Notes under the pieces: model-generated | What the model was told of the DNA's origin: nothing | Database searches by the model: none | The model's input: only the letters and a program-made list of their open reading frames with translations | Shown: positions 45,051 to 54,824 of the stretch, in pieces | Layout: every line of letters starts with the position of its first letter | How positions within the stretch are numbered: the first letter of the stretch is position 1 | Virus record (IMG/VR): IMGVR_UViG_3300010354_000103 | Coordinates: 1-58,168 of that record | Strand: one strand, 5' to 3' | DNA length: 58,168 bases | Source of the DNA: a virus | Taxonomy: Duplodnaviria > Caudoviricetes | Position numbers and translations under genes: made by a program

Positions 45051-47378
45051 TTACCAGGGATTATAATAGTTGGGAGCTACTGGACTTCTTGTTGAAAGAG
45101 TAAGAGCACTTGTTGCTCCAATAGGAGATAGAGTAGAAGGTGATGATGCTGTTGATGAAAAACCTTTTCCTAGAAGAATGTTAGTTGCTGCTTGTTGTGC
45201 TTGTTGTTTGGTTAACTTTTGATTTGGTTTTACTGGTTGTTTTGCTGGTTGTGGAGTGTTTTGAACGGGAGTTCTAGCAAGAGATGGAGAGGTCACTTGT
45301 CCAGTTGTTGCTCTTCTTACTCCATCAATTTTAGACAAAGCAATAGAACCTTTAGTTACCTTGCCGCTTTGATTACCTCCAATTATATCTACATAACCAT
45401 CTTTAGGTGTGCCAGCAGCAAACATAACATGTGTTCTAGATCCGCCGCCATAGTCCCCAACAATTACATCTCCTGGTTGAATTTGCTGTTTATCCACAGG
45501 AGTACCCCAATTCAAAAAACTATCAGCCATAGCTGAACCAGATCCTTGAATACCATTTCTTTTAAGTTGTGAATTTACATAAGCAGCACACCATGGCTGC
45601 TGAGTTGGATCCACGGTTCCTGTAGCACCACTAGCAATAATTTCATCTTTCATATCAGATGCTCCTTTACCAACATCTGCTTCTAGATCAGCCATTAAAC
45701 TACCAGGAGTGGCACCAGGAGGATTAGATCCACCTCCACCACCCCCTCCTCCTTTTGCTTTCGCTTTTTTGGGAGGTTTACCACCACCAAGAAAATCTGC
45801 TATGCCCTTCATATCCATGGTAGCAGCAGATGCTTCTCCTCCACCTAATAAGGAACCAACAACAGCAGCAGGTAACCCGAATACTCTAGCTAATGGAGTG
45901 AATAGTTGTGTTAAGAATGGAGCAACAAGTTTTCCAATGCCACCTAATCTTTTAAATACAGATGACATTATAGAAAGCAATAATCCTCCAGCAGCTTGAG
46001 CAGGTAATTGTAATGCTTTAGCTAGATTTTCTCCCATAGTTTTTCCAGCAGAATCTTTCTTCCCTGGTTGGTTTTGCTCCTTTTGCTGACGGAATATATT
46101 TTTTAGTGGATTATTTCTATTGAGAGGTATTACTGATTGACCAGGGCTTAACAAAGTATTTGTAGGGTTATCAACAATTCCACCTCTAGATAATTTTGTT
46201 TGTGACTTTACATTTGACTGTGGTTTTAGTGTAGGTTTTGGTTCAACAATTTTTGCTAATGGTTGAACATTATTTACTGCTGCTGGGGTATCAATATTGG
46301 TTGTCGCTGATTGATTAATATTATTTGTAGATGTTGATGACTGATTAATATTATTTGTAGAAACGGAAGGTGATACTACACCACCCTCAGACATTTTAAA
46401 TCTTTTAAGTGCCCTACCAAACCCTACCTGTCCTCTTCTACGTAATCTTGTTGTTCTTCTACCTAATCCACGTTTAAAATTATTAAACTTTCTTCTTGCT
46501 AATCTTCTTTTTGCCCCTCTTCTCATTCTTCCACGTCTTCCTGGGAGATCAAAATCAAACATCCTACCAAACATATTTCCTCTGTTGCCATCACTTCCTT
46601 CTTCTTCATCATCCTGAGCATAAGGATCTTCAACGCTCATAACGGATGAAAGGTCACTACCTTTTTCTAAATCAGATTCTTTCTGCTGCATTTCCTCAGC
46701 ATTAGCTTGATCAAAATTAAATTCTAACTGCTGAGACTCTGTTTTGTTTTCCTCTTGTTTTAATTTATTATTTTTATTAAAGAAATTCTTAACCGTACTA
46801 AGACCAGAAGTAATCTTTGATACTACAGTAGTAGTTTTAACTTGCTCGTCAGATGATTCTTTTTCTTTGTTAGATAATCCTGTTAACTTATCTGCTATTG
46901 TCTGGTATGATTTTTCTATACCATCAAATGCCACAGTCAACCACGATTTTAGTTTTTTATCTTCTACATTAACTTCTTTACCATCAGCACCTTTCCCAGT
47001 ACCATTTAAATCTAATTCTAGTTGCTTATATGGTTGTGGTGTTACAACAGATTCTCCTCGTATTAGATTGGAAAATCTTTGCTGCTTTGTTAATGCTGGA
47101 TCTTCTGTATCTGAAGGATCATTAGAGAAAGTTCCTTTAGTTCTTCTGAGTAAGTCTCCTCCAAACTCATGTGATAATGCTTTACCAAAGAAATATCCTT
47201 TGCCAGGTTTTTTTATTTCTTCTTCTGGTACACCTTCTTTTCTTTGCTTCTCTGCTTGTTCTTTAGCATATTTTCTTTCCTCCGCTGCCATACTCGCAGC
47301 AGATTTAATCTTATCTCCAACCCATTTCCCTAGATTGCCGTGATTTGCTTTAGTATATGAGACGGATCCGTGTGCCAT
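45051..47378 (-). CDS. tape-measure-like protein with C-terminal NlpC/P60/CHAP-type peptidoglycan peptidase
   Basis: PWCAAYVN...A.SFLNWG...PGDVIV...HV...IIGGNQS (TIGR02594-like). Confidence 0.75.
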   Translation of the reverse strand: MAHGSVSYTKANHGNLGKWVGDKIKSAASMAAEERKYAKEQAEKQRKEGVPEEEIKKPGKGYFFGKALSHEFGGDLLRRTKGTFSNDPSDTEDPALTKQQRFSNLIRGESVVTPQPYKQLELDLNGTGKGADGKEVNVEDKKLKSWLTVAFDGIEKSYQTIADKLTGLSNKEKESSDEQVKTTTVVSKITSGLSTVKNFFNKNNKLKQEENKTESQQLEFNFDQANAEEMQQKESDLEKGSDLSSVMSVEDPYAQDDEEEGSDGNRGNMFGRMFDFDLPGRRGRMRRGAKRRLARRKFNNFKRGLGRRTTRLRRRGQVGFGRALKRFKMSEGGVVSPSVSTNNINQSSTSTNNINQSATTNIDTPAAVNNVQPLAKIVEPKPTLKPQSNVKSQTKLSRGGIVDNPTNTLLSPGQSVIPLNRNNPLKNIFRQQKEQNQPGKKDSAGKTMGENLAKALQLPAQAAGGLLLSIMSSVFKRLGGIGKLVAPFLTQLFTPLARVFGLPAAVVGSLLGGGEASAATMDMKGIADFLGGGKPPKKAKAKGGGGGGGGSNPPGATPGSLMADLEADVGKGASDMKDEIIASGATGTVDPTQQPWCAAYVNSQLKRNGIQGSGSAMADSFLNWGTPVDKQQIQPGDVIVGDYGGGSRTHVMFAAGTPKDGYVDIIGGNQSGKVTKGSIALSKIDGVRRATTGQVTSPSLARTPVQNTPQPAKQPVKPNQKLTKQQAQQAATNILLGKGFSSTASSPSTLSPIGATSALTLSTRSPVAPNYYNPW

Positions 47379-47408
47379 GTAATAGTATTACCCCACTTAA
47401 TATTTAGA

Positions 47409-50267
47409 TTAATTATTAGCAAGTCTCATTTGTTGTAGAGTAAGATAAGCATTATATGGTGTCTGTGGTTGATATGTTCCTGAAGTATCTCCATAACCAG
47501 TAGCTGCTGGTACAGTCAATCCTCTAGCACCAGAATTCATATTAAATAAATTCATAGAACCAGCACCACTATTCTGTTGAATAGCTGGTATAGGAACTAT
47601 TGGTGTAGATCCAGACTGTGTGTTTGATTTTGTCGATACATTTCCTCTTGATAAAGAAGACAATGGATTTGGCGTATTAGAAGGATTACTTGCTGGCATT
47701 GGTTTAGCAGGAGATCCACTAGTAGTAAATGTTCCTTGCTCTCCCCTCAATAAAGCAGCATGAATTTGTTTAGAATACTCCCATCTAGCACCAGTATCTC
47801 CCCATCCAATATATTTGTAGGCAGCTTCTTTTAATTGTTGCTCAGATGAATTTGGATTCATAAATTCATCCAACAAACCGTATTGTCTAAGTTCTTCTTT
47901 GATCCACTTTACTTGTTCTCCATTGGTAGCTGTTTCTAAAGGTTTTCCTAGGAATTTTTCAGCGTTTACAATTCTAGATCGATTCCAACTAATCAATCCT
48001 TTGTTAGTACCAGCTCCATCATTAAGTACCCAAGGAGTTCTTTGCCCTTTCCATCCAGATTCTTGCTGTACATTTCCTGAAAGAATAGCAGCTGCTAAAG
48101 GTGGAAAACCTTCTCCCATAAACAATCTAGCACCACCAATCATATCAGTAGCATCTCCACCTGGAGGAGTTGGTGGTTGTGTGGGAACTTTAGCATCTTC
48201 ATCATCTCCTCCGCTCCCACCTCCAGTAAAAAATCCTATTAGTTTTTTAAATAACCCAAGTATACCACCATCTTTATCTGGCTCTTTTACATTACCTAAA
48301 TTGTTTCCTACTTTTGTATCTAAATTTAATTCAGGTTTACCATATATTTTAGCAAGTGGTGATATAGTTTGTGAGATAAATGGTTTTAGAGCAGCAGCAC
48401 TAGGTCCAGCACTTTCTATAACACTATCAGTTGCTCCTAAAATAGTAGCAATAGATGCTGCTGCTGGATCTCCTCCACCTATTAAATTACCAAGTGATAA
48501 AAATGGATTTGCTGGAGTAATTAATTCTGGTCCCGCTTCCCCTACCATAGCAGGAACCATTCCGCCTTTAGATAATTTTACAACTCCTCCTTCAGACATT
48601 TTTTTCTTTGGTTTGTCTGGATTATCTGGCTTAGAAAAGATATCAAATATATCTTTACCTAATAAAGCAATATCAGCACCCCAAGAAACAGCCGTGGCAA
48701 CAGCTGCTACTGGAGCTCCTATAATAGTGCCAGCGGCTCCTGCTGCCACAGCATCAGCAGCAGCACCAAACCCTGCTATACCTGCTCCAATCTTATCTCC
48801 TCTAGAAGCTCTATAAGCAGCATCAGCACCACCAGTAAGAGCACCGACACCAGGAATCGCTTTAGCACCAAATCCGCCAAATGCTTTTCCTAATTTTACC
48901 ATCTTAGGATTTTCAGCAAAGAATTTTCCAGCTTTGGTGAGACCAGTTTTACCAGCATCTAATGCTTTTCCACCTATTCTCCTACCAAAATCTAATGCTT
49001 TACCACCTTGTCTCTGTATAAACTTACCAGCTCTACCACCTTTCTCAGCAATCTTTTCTCCTGTTCTTCTAATACCATCTGCTATCTTACGTTTACCAGC
49101 ATTAAATTTCCTTCTTGCTAATCTTCTCCTTGCCCCTCTTCTCCTAGGTTTTCCACTAGGACCATCTGGTAAATCTATATCAACTCCTGGTCCACAATCA
49201 CAACTATCATCATCTTCTTCATCATCATTACCAGCAATAAAGTCCCATGCCTTTTCTAATAATCCTTTTCCCTTTTTCTTATAAGGATCTTCAACCATCT
49301 GAACACTAGAATTATCAGCACCCTGTTCTAATGCCGCCTCTCTAGCAGCTGCTTCTCTTTTATCTGCTGCTTGTTTAATTAAATTTAAACTCTTTAATTT
49401 TAAAGTGTTTAATGTTTTTTGTAATACATTACTCTCTTTAATTGATTCTTTTACTTGTATAAATTTTTCTGATAAAATTTCTATAATAGTATTTTCTTGT
49501 GAGACTTGCTGCTTCGCTTTATCTTTATCCAATGATAAATTAGATAGAGATTTATCTACTCGTTCAAAACTGGTTTGTAATTTTTTTACTGCCTTTTGTA
49601 TCTGTTGACCTAAAGAATTATCAACAACAGTGACATACTTGTTAGTATCGAATAGAGATGGTTGTGTATATGGATCTTTTACTGGAGATGATGTTGTTTT
49701 TGCTTTGAGGGGTTCATCAGGTCTCTGTAATTTAGCAGCAAACCTTTCTCCTTTAGAAAGAGATGGATCTTGTTCTGCTGTAGGATCATTTGAAAAAGAT
49801 CCTTTAGTTCGGTTGATAAGATCACCACCAAATTCAAATCCTAATGCCTTCTTTAAAAAATATCCTTTTGGTTTAGGTGCTTCTCCTGCTAACTTAGCAT
49901 TTCTCCTGGCAGTTGCTGCCAAAGAGAAAGAGGACATAATTTTACGTCCTATAAAAGCATTGAAGTTAGGATCCTTTCCTTGAATAGGTTGGTAACGTTG
50001 TAATTTTATTTTAATTTCTTTTACTTTCTTTACCTTTACTCCCTTTACCTTCTTAGGTTTTTTTATTTTAACTGGAGGTGGAGGTGCCTGTACATCTTCT
50101 ATAAGTTTATCTAAATTCTTATCAAAAGCATTTGCCATTCTTTCGGCAAGATCTTCTGATGGAACATCAACATCTATAACAACAGGATCATTTTCATTTG
50201 ATTGCACCTCATTAATAGAAAGTTCTAGACTTCTTTGTTCTAGTTCTGAGTTGCCTTCTTGATTCAT
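47409..50267 (-). CDS. tape-measure-like protein with C-terminal tail lysozyme (Phage_lysozyme2-like) domain
   Basis: AAAILSGNVQQESG...GLISWN..R...Q..WIKEEL; VGEAGPELI motif; follows gp26/gp51. Confidence 0.75.
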   Translation of the reverse strand: MNQEGNSELEQRSLELSINEVQSNENDPVVIDVDVPSEDLAERMANAFDKNLDKLIEDVQAPPPPVKIKKPKKVKGVKVKKVKEIKIKLQRYQPIQGKDPNFNAFIGRKIMSSFSLAATARRNAKLAGEAPKPKGYFLKKALGFEFGGDLINRTKGSFSNDPTAEQDPSLSKGERFAAKLQRPDEPLKAKTTSSPVKDPYTQPSLFDTNKYVTVVDNSLGQQIQKAVKKLQTSFERVDKSLSNLSLDKDKAKQQVSQENTIIEILSEKFIQVKESIKESNVLQKTLNTLKLKSLNLIKQAADKREAAAREAALEQGADNSSVQMVEDPYKKKGKGLLEKAWDFIAGNDDEEDDDSCDCGPGVDIDLPDGPSGKPRRRGARRRLARRKFNAGKRKIADGIRRTGEKIAEKGGRAGKFIQRQGGKALDFGRRIGGKALDAGKTGLTKAGKFFAENPKMVKLGKAFGGFGAKAIPGVGALTGGADAAYRASRGDKIGAGIAGFGAAADAVAAGAAGTIIGAPVAAVATAVSWGADIALLGKDIFDIFSKPDNPDKPKKKMSEGGVVKLSKGGMVPAMVGEAGPELITPANPFLSLGNLIGGGDPAAASIATILGATDSVIESAGPSAAALKPFISQTISPLAKIYGKPELNLDTKVGNNLGNVKEPDKDGGILGLFKKLIGFFTGGGSGGDDEDAKVPTQPPTPPGGDATDMIGGARLFMGEGFPPLAAAILSGNVQQESGWKGQRTPWVLNDGAGTNKGLISWNRSRIVNAEKFLGKPLETATNGEQVKWIKEELRQYGLLDEFMNPNSSEQQLKEAAYKYIGWGDTGARWEYSKQIHAALLRGEQGTFTTSGSPAKPMPASNPSNTPNPLSSLSRGNVSTKSNTQSGSTPIVPIPAIQQNSGAGSMNLFNMNSGARGLTVPAATGYGDTSGTYQPQTPYNAYLTLQQMRLANN

Positions 50268-50440
50268 CTCTGTTGAGCTTTCTGTTGTTCTTCTTTCTCT
50301 TTAAGATATTGATTCAATAGGGAAATATAAATGGTTCTTTCCCATGGCATCATTTCTTCAATCTCTGTCAAGCTATATTTATGGTCCTGCATGAGAGTGA
50401 AGTTTGTTCTATAATAATTCTCAAGAGTATTATAAAACAA
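50264..50440 (-). CDS. gp51: baseplate hub assembly catalyst gp51 (start uncertain), not in ORF track
   Basis: LENYYRTNFTLMQDHKYSLTEIEEMMPWERTIYISLL; position after gp26. Confidence 0.8.
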   Translation of the reverse strand: MFYNTLENYYRTNFTLMQDHKYSLTEIEEMMPWERTIYISLLNQYLKEKEEQQKAQQR

Positions 50441-50442
50441 AC

Positions 50443-51162
50443 TTATCCGAAAAAAGACTGTAATCCCTCCAAAGTATAATTGGATTTAATTCCAGTGTTT
50501 GGATTAGTTACACTAAATTCATGACGTAGTACTGGCATGGTATCAAAAAAATTTTGAATCTTTTCAAACTGTTGCTGTGTAAAAGATTCTATGAAACCAA
50601 GCAGCTCTTTCTTTGAAGTTGTGGCAGCATCCCATACTTCATCACCTTGAAAGATCTGATCAATACAACCAACCAGCATTTCAAATACTTCATCAGTAGT
50701 ATCTAAATCATTCTCCATTAAAGTTACACTAACAAAACTATCCATAGCAGGATACTTCATTACCATACCAATGGTATCATCAATCATAATTTTATTTGTG
50801 TGTCCTTCTGGTTTATATACCTCAACATCATTTAAATTAATCTCAACGTTTACTACGGTTTCATTATCATCTTGGCATGTAACTTTCATTGATACTTCTT
50901 CACCAGCAGAAGCAGCTCTAATTTTTAAAAACAAATATTCCAGATCAAAGGAAGCAAGTTCCTCTGGTTTAATACCTCTAGTCAGAATACAGTTCTTTAA
51001 AATATCTTTAACAGCATTCTTAATTTCATTTTCATCTTCAGACTCCATCGCTAGCAATAGAATCTTTTCTTCTTTAACTAAGAAAGGTCTGTATTTAATT
51101 TTCTTTCCTGTAGATGGCAACTCAAGTTCATAAGTTGGTACAGTAGGCTTTGGTAAAGGCAT
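50443..51162 (-). CDS. gp26: baseplate hub subunit gp26
   Basis: PTYELELPSTGKKIKYRPFLVKEEKILL...LEGLQSFFG. Confidence 0.9.
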   Translation of the reverse strand: MPLPKPTVPTYELELPSTGKKIKYRPFLVKEEKILLLAMESEDENEIKNAVKDILKNCILTRGIKPEELASFDLEYLFLKIRAASAGEEVSMKVTCQDDNETVVNVEINLNDVEVYKPEGHTNKIMIDDTIGMVMKYPAMDSFVSVTLMENDLDTTDEVFEMLVGCIDQIFQGDEVWDAATTSKKELLGFIESFTQQQFEKIQNFFDTMPVLRHEFSVTNPNTGIKSNYTLEGLQSFFG

Positions 51163-51189
51163 AGCAATAAATCACTTTCGTATTAATAT

Positions 51190-51939
51190 TTATCCAGTAA
51201 ATCCAATGATATTATTATGAGTAACGAAGTGCTTGGCATAATAAAAATTAGCAGATACTTTAGTGACTTGAGATGCTCCGTATGACAAAGGAACAGCATC
51301 AATACTATATGGAAAGCAATCGATTAAAGTATAAGAAATAGGTGCCCTACCATTAGGAGCATTTTTACTCCTTTCGGTTTTTGTAATTATAATATTAGAC
51401 AGATATTTTTCTGGGTAATTAAGTCTTACGTTTTTAAATCTATTGATAGCATTACCACCACCAGCACCAGCACCACCTTTAATTTCTTCTAAAGTTTTTT
51501 TCTTTTGATAATTTCCTGTATTGCCAGTTGATCCTATTGAAGTACCTTTAGATGCATCAAACTCCTGAAAAATATAACTATACCAAACTTCCAAAAATTT
51601 TAAAGGTGTCATGTTAGCATCACACATCCACGACAATTGAAAGTCAGAATACATTCTTGTGTGAGGATAATTTACTTGTCCTTCACCGAGCATCATTCCA
51701 GTGAGAGATCCTGTACTGGCTTGAATGTTTGGTAATTGAGCTTCATCACAAAATAATTTTATCACTGCTCCTGGATCACTAGGACCTGTCTTATTAACAT
51801 CAAACCCATATGATTTAAATCGTTCAGCTAAAGTACCTTGAAAATTAAATTGAACATCAAAGCTATTACTGTAAGACATACCACCATTCTTAGCGATAGT
51901 CTCGATAAAACTAGAGATAGATTTATTGCTTGTTGCCAC
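51190..51939 (-). CDS. tail-tube-fold baseplate protein (gp54-like)
   Basis: LFCDEAQLP, YTLIDCFPYSIDAVPLSYG; probable GTG start at 51939 after CATAAATA (51966-51973). Confidence 0.65.
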   Translation of the reverse strand: MATSNKSISSFIETIAKNGGMSYSNSFDVQFNFQGTLAERFKSYGFDVNKTGPSDPGAVIKLFCDEAQLPNIQASTGSLTGMMLGEGQVNYPHTRMYSDFQLSWMCDANMTPLKFLEVWYSYIFQEFDASKGTSIGSTGNTGNYQKKKTLEEIKGGAGAGGGNAINRFKNVRLNYPEKYLSNIIITKTERSKNAPNGRAPISYTLIDCFPYSIDAVPLSYGASQVTKVSANFYYAKHFVTHNNIIGFTG

Positions 51940-51970
51940 GCTAAATATTTGTGGAGGTTTATTTATATTT

Positions 51971-52408
51971 ATGGCATATTCTGGACAATATAAACCCACC
52001 AACCCCAGTAAGTATAAAGGAAATCCTACTAGGATTATCTATCGCTCAATGTGGGAAAGAAAATTTATGGTTTTTTGTGATCTTAATACTAGTATTATTG
52101 AGTGGGGAAGTGAAGAAATAATAGTTCCTTATCTATGCCCTACTGATGGAAAAGTACATAGATACTATCCAGATTTTTATATCAAAGTTAAAAGTAGGCA
52201 AGGTGCTATTACAAAATATATTATCGAAGTAAAACCAAAGCGTCAGGTACTTGGACCTAATGATAAACCTAAAAGAAAAACTGCTGCTTGGAAAAGAGAA
52301 GTCCTAACTTTTATTAAGAACAAAGCTAAGTGGGAAGCGGCTAAGGACTTTTGTGAGGATCGGCAGATGAAATTTTTGATACTCACCGAAGACCACTTAG
52401 GAGTATAA
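51971..52408 (+). CDS. gp4: head completion protein gp4 (TnsA-like nuclease fold)
   Basis: KYKGNPTRIIYRSMWE...WGSEE...HRYYPDF...EVKP...NKAKW; CTAAATA at 51941-51947. Confidence 0.9.
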   Translation: MAYSGQYKPTNPSKYKGNPTRIIYRSMWERKFMVFCDLNTSIIEWGSEEIIVPYLCPTDGKVHRYYPDFYIKVKSRQGAITKYIIEVKPKRQVLGPNDKPKRKTAAWKREVLTFIKNKAKWEAAKDFCEDRQMKFLILTEDHLGV

Positions 52409-52411
52409 CAG

Positions 52412-53089
52412 ATGGCAAAACAAAGAGCAAAATCTTCTGGTATGGGATTCAAACCTGTAACCAGAAAATTAGACACGTCAAAAGGTTATGTGACTCTCTT
52501 TGAAAAAGTAACCAAAGCAACCAACGGGGAAAAGCATGGATTGAGTTGGTATAAACAGACCGTTAATACTATTGCTGCCACTTACAAAAAAGAACCAGAA
52601 CGATTAATCAAAGACGAAAAAAAAGACGACAAAGATCTAGATGAATTTCAAGATCAGAATATGCTCAGACGTAGAGCAATCATGGGACATCTTTACTTCT
52701 TTGAATACGAAGCGAAGATGAAATATTTACCTTACTACGATAAGTTTCCTTTGATATATGTTCTTCGTAGCACTGGAGACTATATCATAGGAGCAAATCT
52801 TCATTACATAGAACCAAAGAAAAGAATACAAGTTATCAATAAACTAAAGGAAGGTAGAATAGATATACCTAAGATATGTATCCATAAATATATCAATGAT
52901 CACGTTAAAAGTTTATTTGTAGATTTGATTGAAGATGAATGGGAAACCTGTATACTATTACCAGTAGAAGATTTTGTGAAAACATCTGGTTCTAGAAAAC
53001 TTCCTTATGATAGACAATTAGTTTGGAATGAAACAAATGAAAAATTTCAAGACAGATTAAAAGCACAAAGAATTATCAAGTCTTACTAA
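52412..53089 (+). CDS. gp2: DNA end protector gp2-like
   Basis: GHLYFFEYEAK..LPYYDKFPL...GANLHY. Confidence 0.85.
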   Translation: MAKQRAKSSGMGFKPVTRKLDTSKGYVTLFEKVTKATNGEKHGLSWYKQTVNTIAATYKKEPERLIKDEKKDDKDLDEFQDQNMLRRRAIMGHLYFFEYEAKMKYLPYYDKFPLIYVLRSTGDYIIGANLHYIEPKKRIQVINKLKEGRIDIPKICIHKYINDHVKSLFVDLIEDEWETCILLPVEDFVKTSGSRKLPYDRQLVWNETNEKFQDRLKAQRIIKSY

Positions 53090-54129
53090 TGACAACTCAA
53101 ACAATTAGTTTTAATCAAAAAAAGGATCCAGGGCAAAATTCTGGTACAACTTATAGATATCCAACTCAACTAGTTGGCGATCACACTGATTATGTTCGTT
53201 TTGATTTTTACAACTATAAACCACCATTTAGTGCTGGTGGAGGCAGTGCCAATATAACTACAGATGGCGTAACATTTTCAAAATCAGGATCGTTAAGTTA
53301 TTATAATGCATCAACCCAAAATTTAACAGAAGCTTCTGATTTAAAAACCATATTATTGTATATGCCAGAAGACTTGAGTACTGGTACACAAATCGAATGG
53401 GCAGGAAAAGGATTTACTAATTCTGCTACGGATATTTTAAGAAGTGCTGGTCCATTTGTACAAGGAGATGTTGGAGGAACTGCTAAAGGTGTAGCAGATG
53501 CTCTCGGAAGACTCACTCAAAGAGGAGCTAGTGTAGGAGCACAATTAATTTCTGATGCAATTAATAAGCTACCAGGGGGAATTGGTGGTGATGTTGGTAT
53601 TCAAGATGTCCTAGGTGGTATTGGTGGTGTTATCTTAAACCCAAACACTGAACTTATGTTTGGTGGATTTGGGTTGAGATCATTTGATTTAAATTTTAAG
53701 ATGTCTCCTCGTGATGAGAAAGAAGCAAAACAAATTAGAGCGATTTGCAATACCTTTAAGAAGGCTTCTTTACCTAGTTACTCCACAGCCCCAGATGATT
53801 TGTGGAATAATTCTGCCGAAAAGGTTAAGAAATGGTTTAACCCTGATGGAAAAGAAGGAGAAGATCAAAATAGTAATTACATTGGAGTTCCTAATCTATG
53901 TCAAGTAACTTTCATGACAGGTTCTGAAGCTCACCCATACATTTCTCAGTTTAAAGTTTGTGCTATCACTAAAGTTGATATCAACTACACACCAGATGGA
54001 GCGTATGCTACCTACGGTGGTGCTGGTACTGGAGAAAAATCTCCAGTAGCTACTGAATTATCCATTGGATTTACAGAAACAAAACTACTCTTCAGACAGG
54101 AAGTAAACATAGAAGGAGCATCATACTAA
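53089..54129 (+). CDS. gp48: baseplate tail tube cap gp48
   Basis: LYMPE, NPNTELMF....LRSF...FKMSPR..EA, NYTPDG.YATY, F.ETK. Confidence 0.85.
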   Translation: MTTQTISFNQKKDPGQNSGTTYRYPTQLVGDHTDYVRFDFYNYKPPFSAGGGSANITTDGVTFSKSGSLSYYNASTQNLTEASDLKTILLYMPEDLSTGTQIEWAGKGFTNSATDILRSAGPFVQGDVGGTAKGVADALGRLTQRGASVGAQLISDAINKLPGGIGGDVGIQDVLGGIGGVILNPNTELMFGGFGLRSFDLNFKMSPRDEKEAKQIRAICNTFKKASLPSYSTAPDDLWNNSAEKVKKWFNPDGKEGEDQNSNYIGVPNLCQVTFMTGSEAHPYISQFKVCAITKVDINYTPDGAYATYGGAGTGEKSPVATELSIGFTETKLLFRQEVNIEGASY

Positions 54130-54794
54130 TGTATTTTTCTTTCATACCATATGTAAAATATGATAACAAACCAATAACATATCCATTTTCAGAATCGGAT
54201 TATGTTGTTGCTAAAAACTTTTTTAGAAGATACAAAGTAAATGAAGATGCTTTTTCTTACAGTGTAGTCTTCAAAAAATATTCAATTAAAGATGGAGAAC
54301 GTTTAGATACCATAGCAGAAAAAGCATATGGCAATTCATTTTATGATTGGGTTATTATATTAACAAATAATATGATAAATCCTTTGTTTGATATGCCAAT
54401 GACAGAACAAGAATTAAGAAAGTTCTGTGAAGCACAATATGATGATCCTTACTCAACAGTACATCACTACGAAACTATAGAACGTAAAGCTGGTTATCAA
54501 GTTGGTGGTGTTGATGTACTTGCTTTGAAAGGTGGATTAATTGTTGATGAAAATTTCTATAATTCTTCATACAAATATTGGAATGGAACTCAAGTAGTAT
54601 CACTTCCTGGTAATCAATTATCAAAAGCAGTTTATATATTTGATTATGAAACAGAACAGAATGAAAAGAAGAGAGAATTATACCTACTCAAACCTAAGTA
54701 TCTGAATGCTTTTATAGAAGATTTTAGAAGAACAAACTTATATAAAGAATCTAATGATACTATAACTTCAATATTAAAAAAATCTGGAAATTAA
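54129..54794 (+). CDS. gp53: baseplate wedge gp53 (LysM-like)
   Basis: MYFS..P...KNFFRR...IKDGERLDTIA..AYG...DWVIILTN. Confidence 0.88.
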   Translation: MYFSFIPYVKYDNKPITYPFSESDYVVAKNFFRRYKVNEDAFSYSVVFKKYSIKDGERLDTIAEKAYGNSFYDWVIILTNNMINPLFDMPMTEQELRKFCEAQYDDPYSTVHHYETIERKAGYQVGGVDVLALKGGLIVDENFYNSSYKYWNGTQVVSLPGNQLSKAVYIFDYETEQNEKKRELYLLKPKYLNAFIEDFRRTNLYKESNDTITSILKKSGN

Positions 54795-54820
54795 AAAAGG
54801 GGGCATATGCCCCCTTTACT
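54793..54820. terminator. bidirectional terminator between convergent gp53 and gp32
   Basis: aaagggggca-ta-tgcccccttt inverted repeat with A/T tails. Confidence 0.8.
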
Positions 54821-54824
54821 TTTA

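Noticed and set aside
46305-46362. Short tandem duplication (STNNINQS twice)
   Set aside because: In-frame linker duplication of two units only; no independent function evident
46744-49983. Several 100-305 aa plus-strand ORFs
   Set aside because: Antisense shadows of the low-complexity tape-measure-like genes
51971-52408. Tn7 TnsA-like transposase
   Set aside because: Motifs and synteny with gp2, gp48 and gp53 identify it as head completion gp4; no other Tns genes
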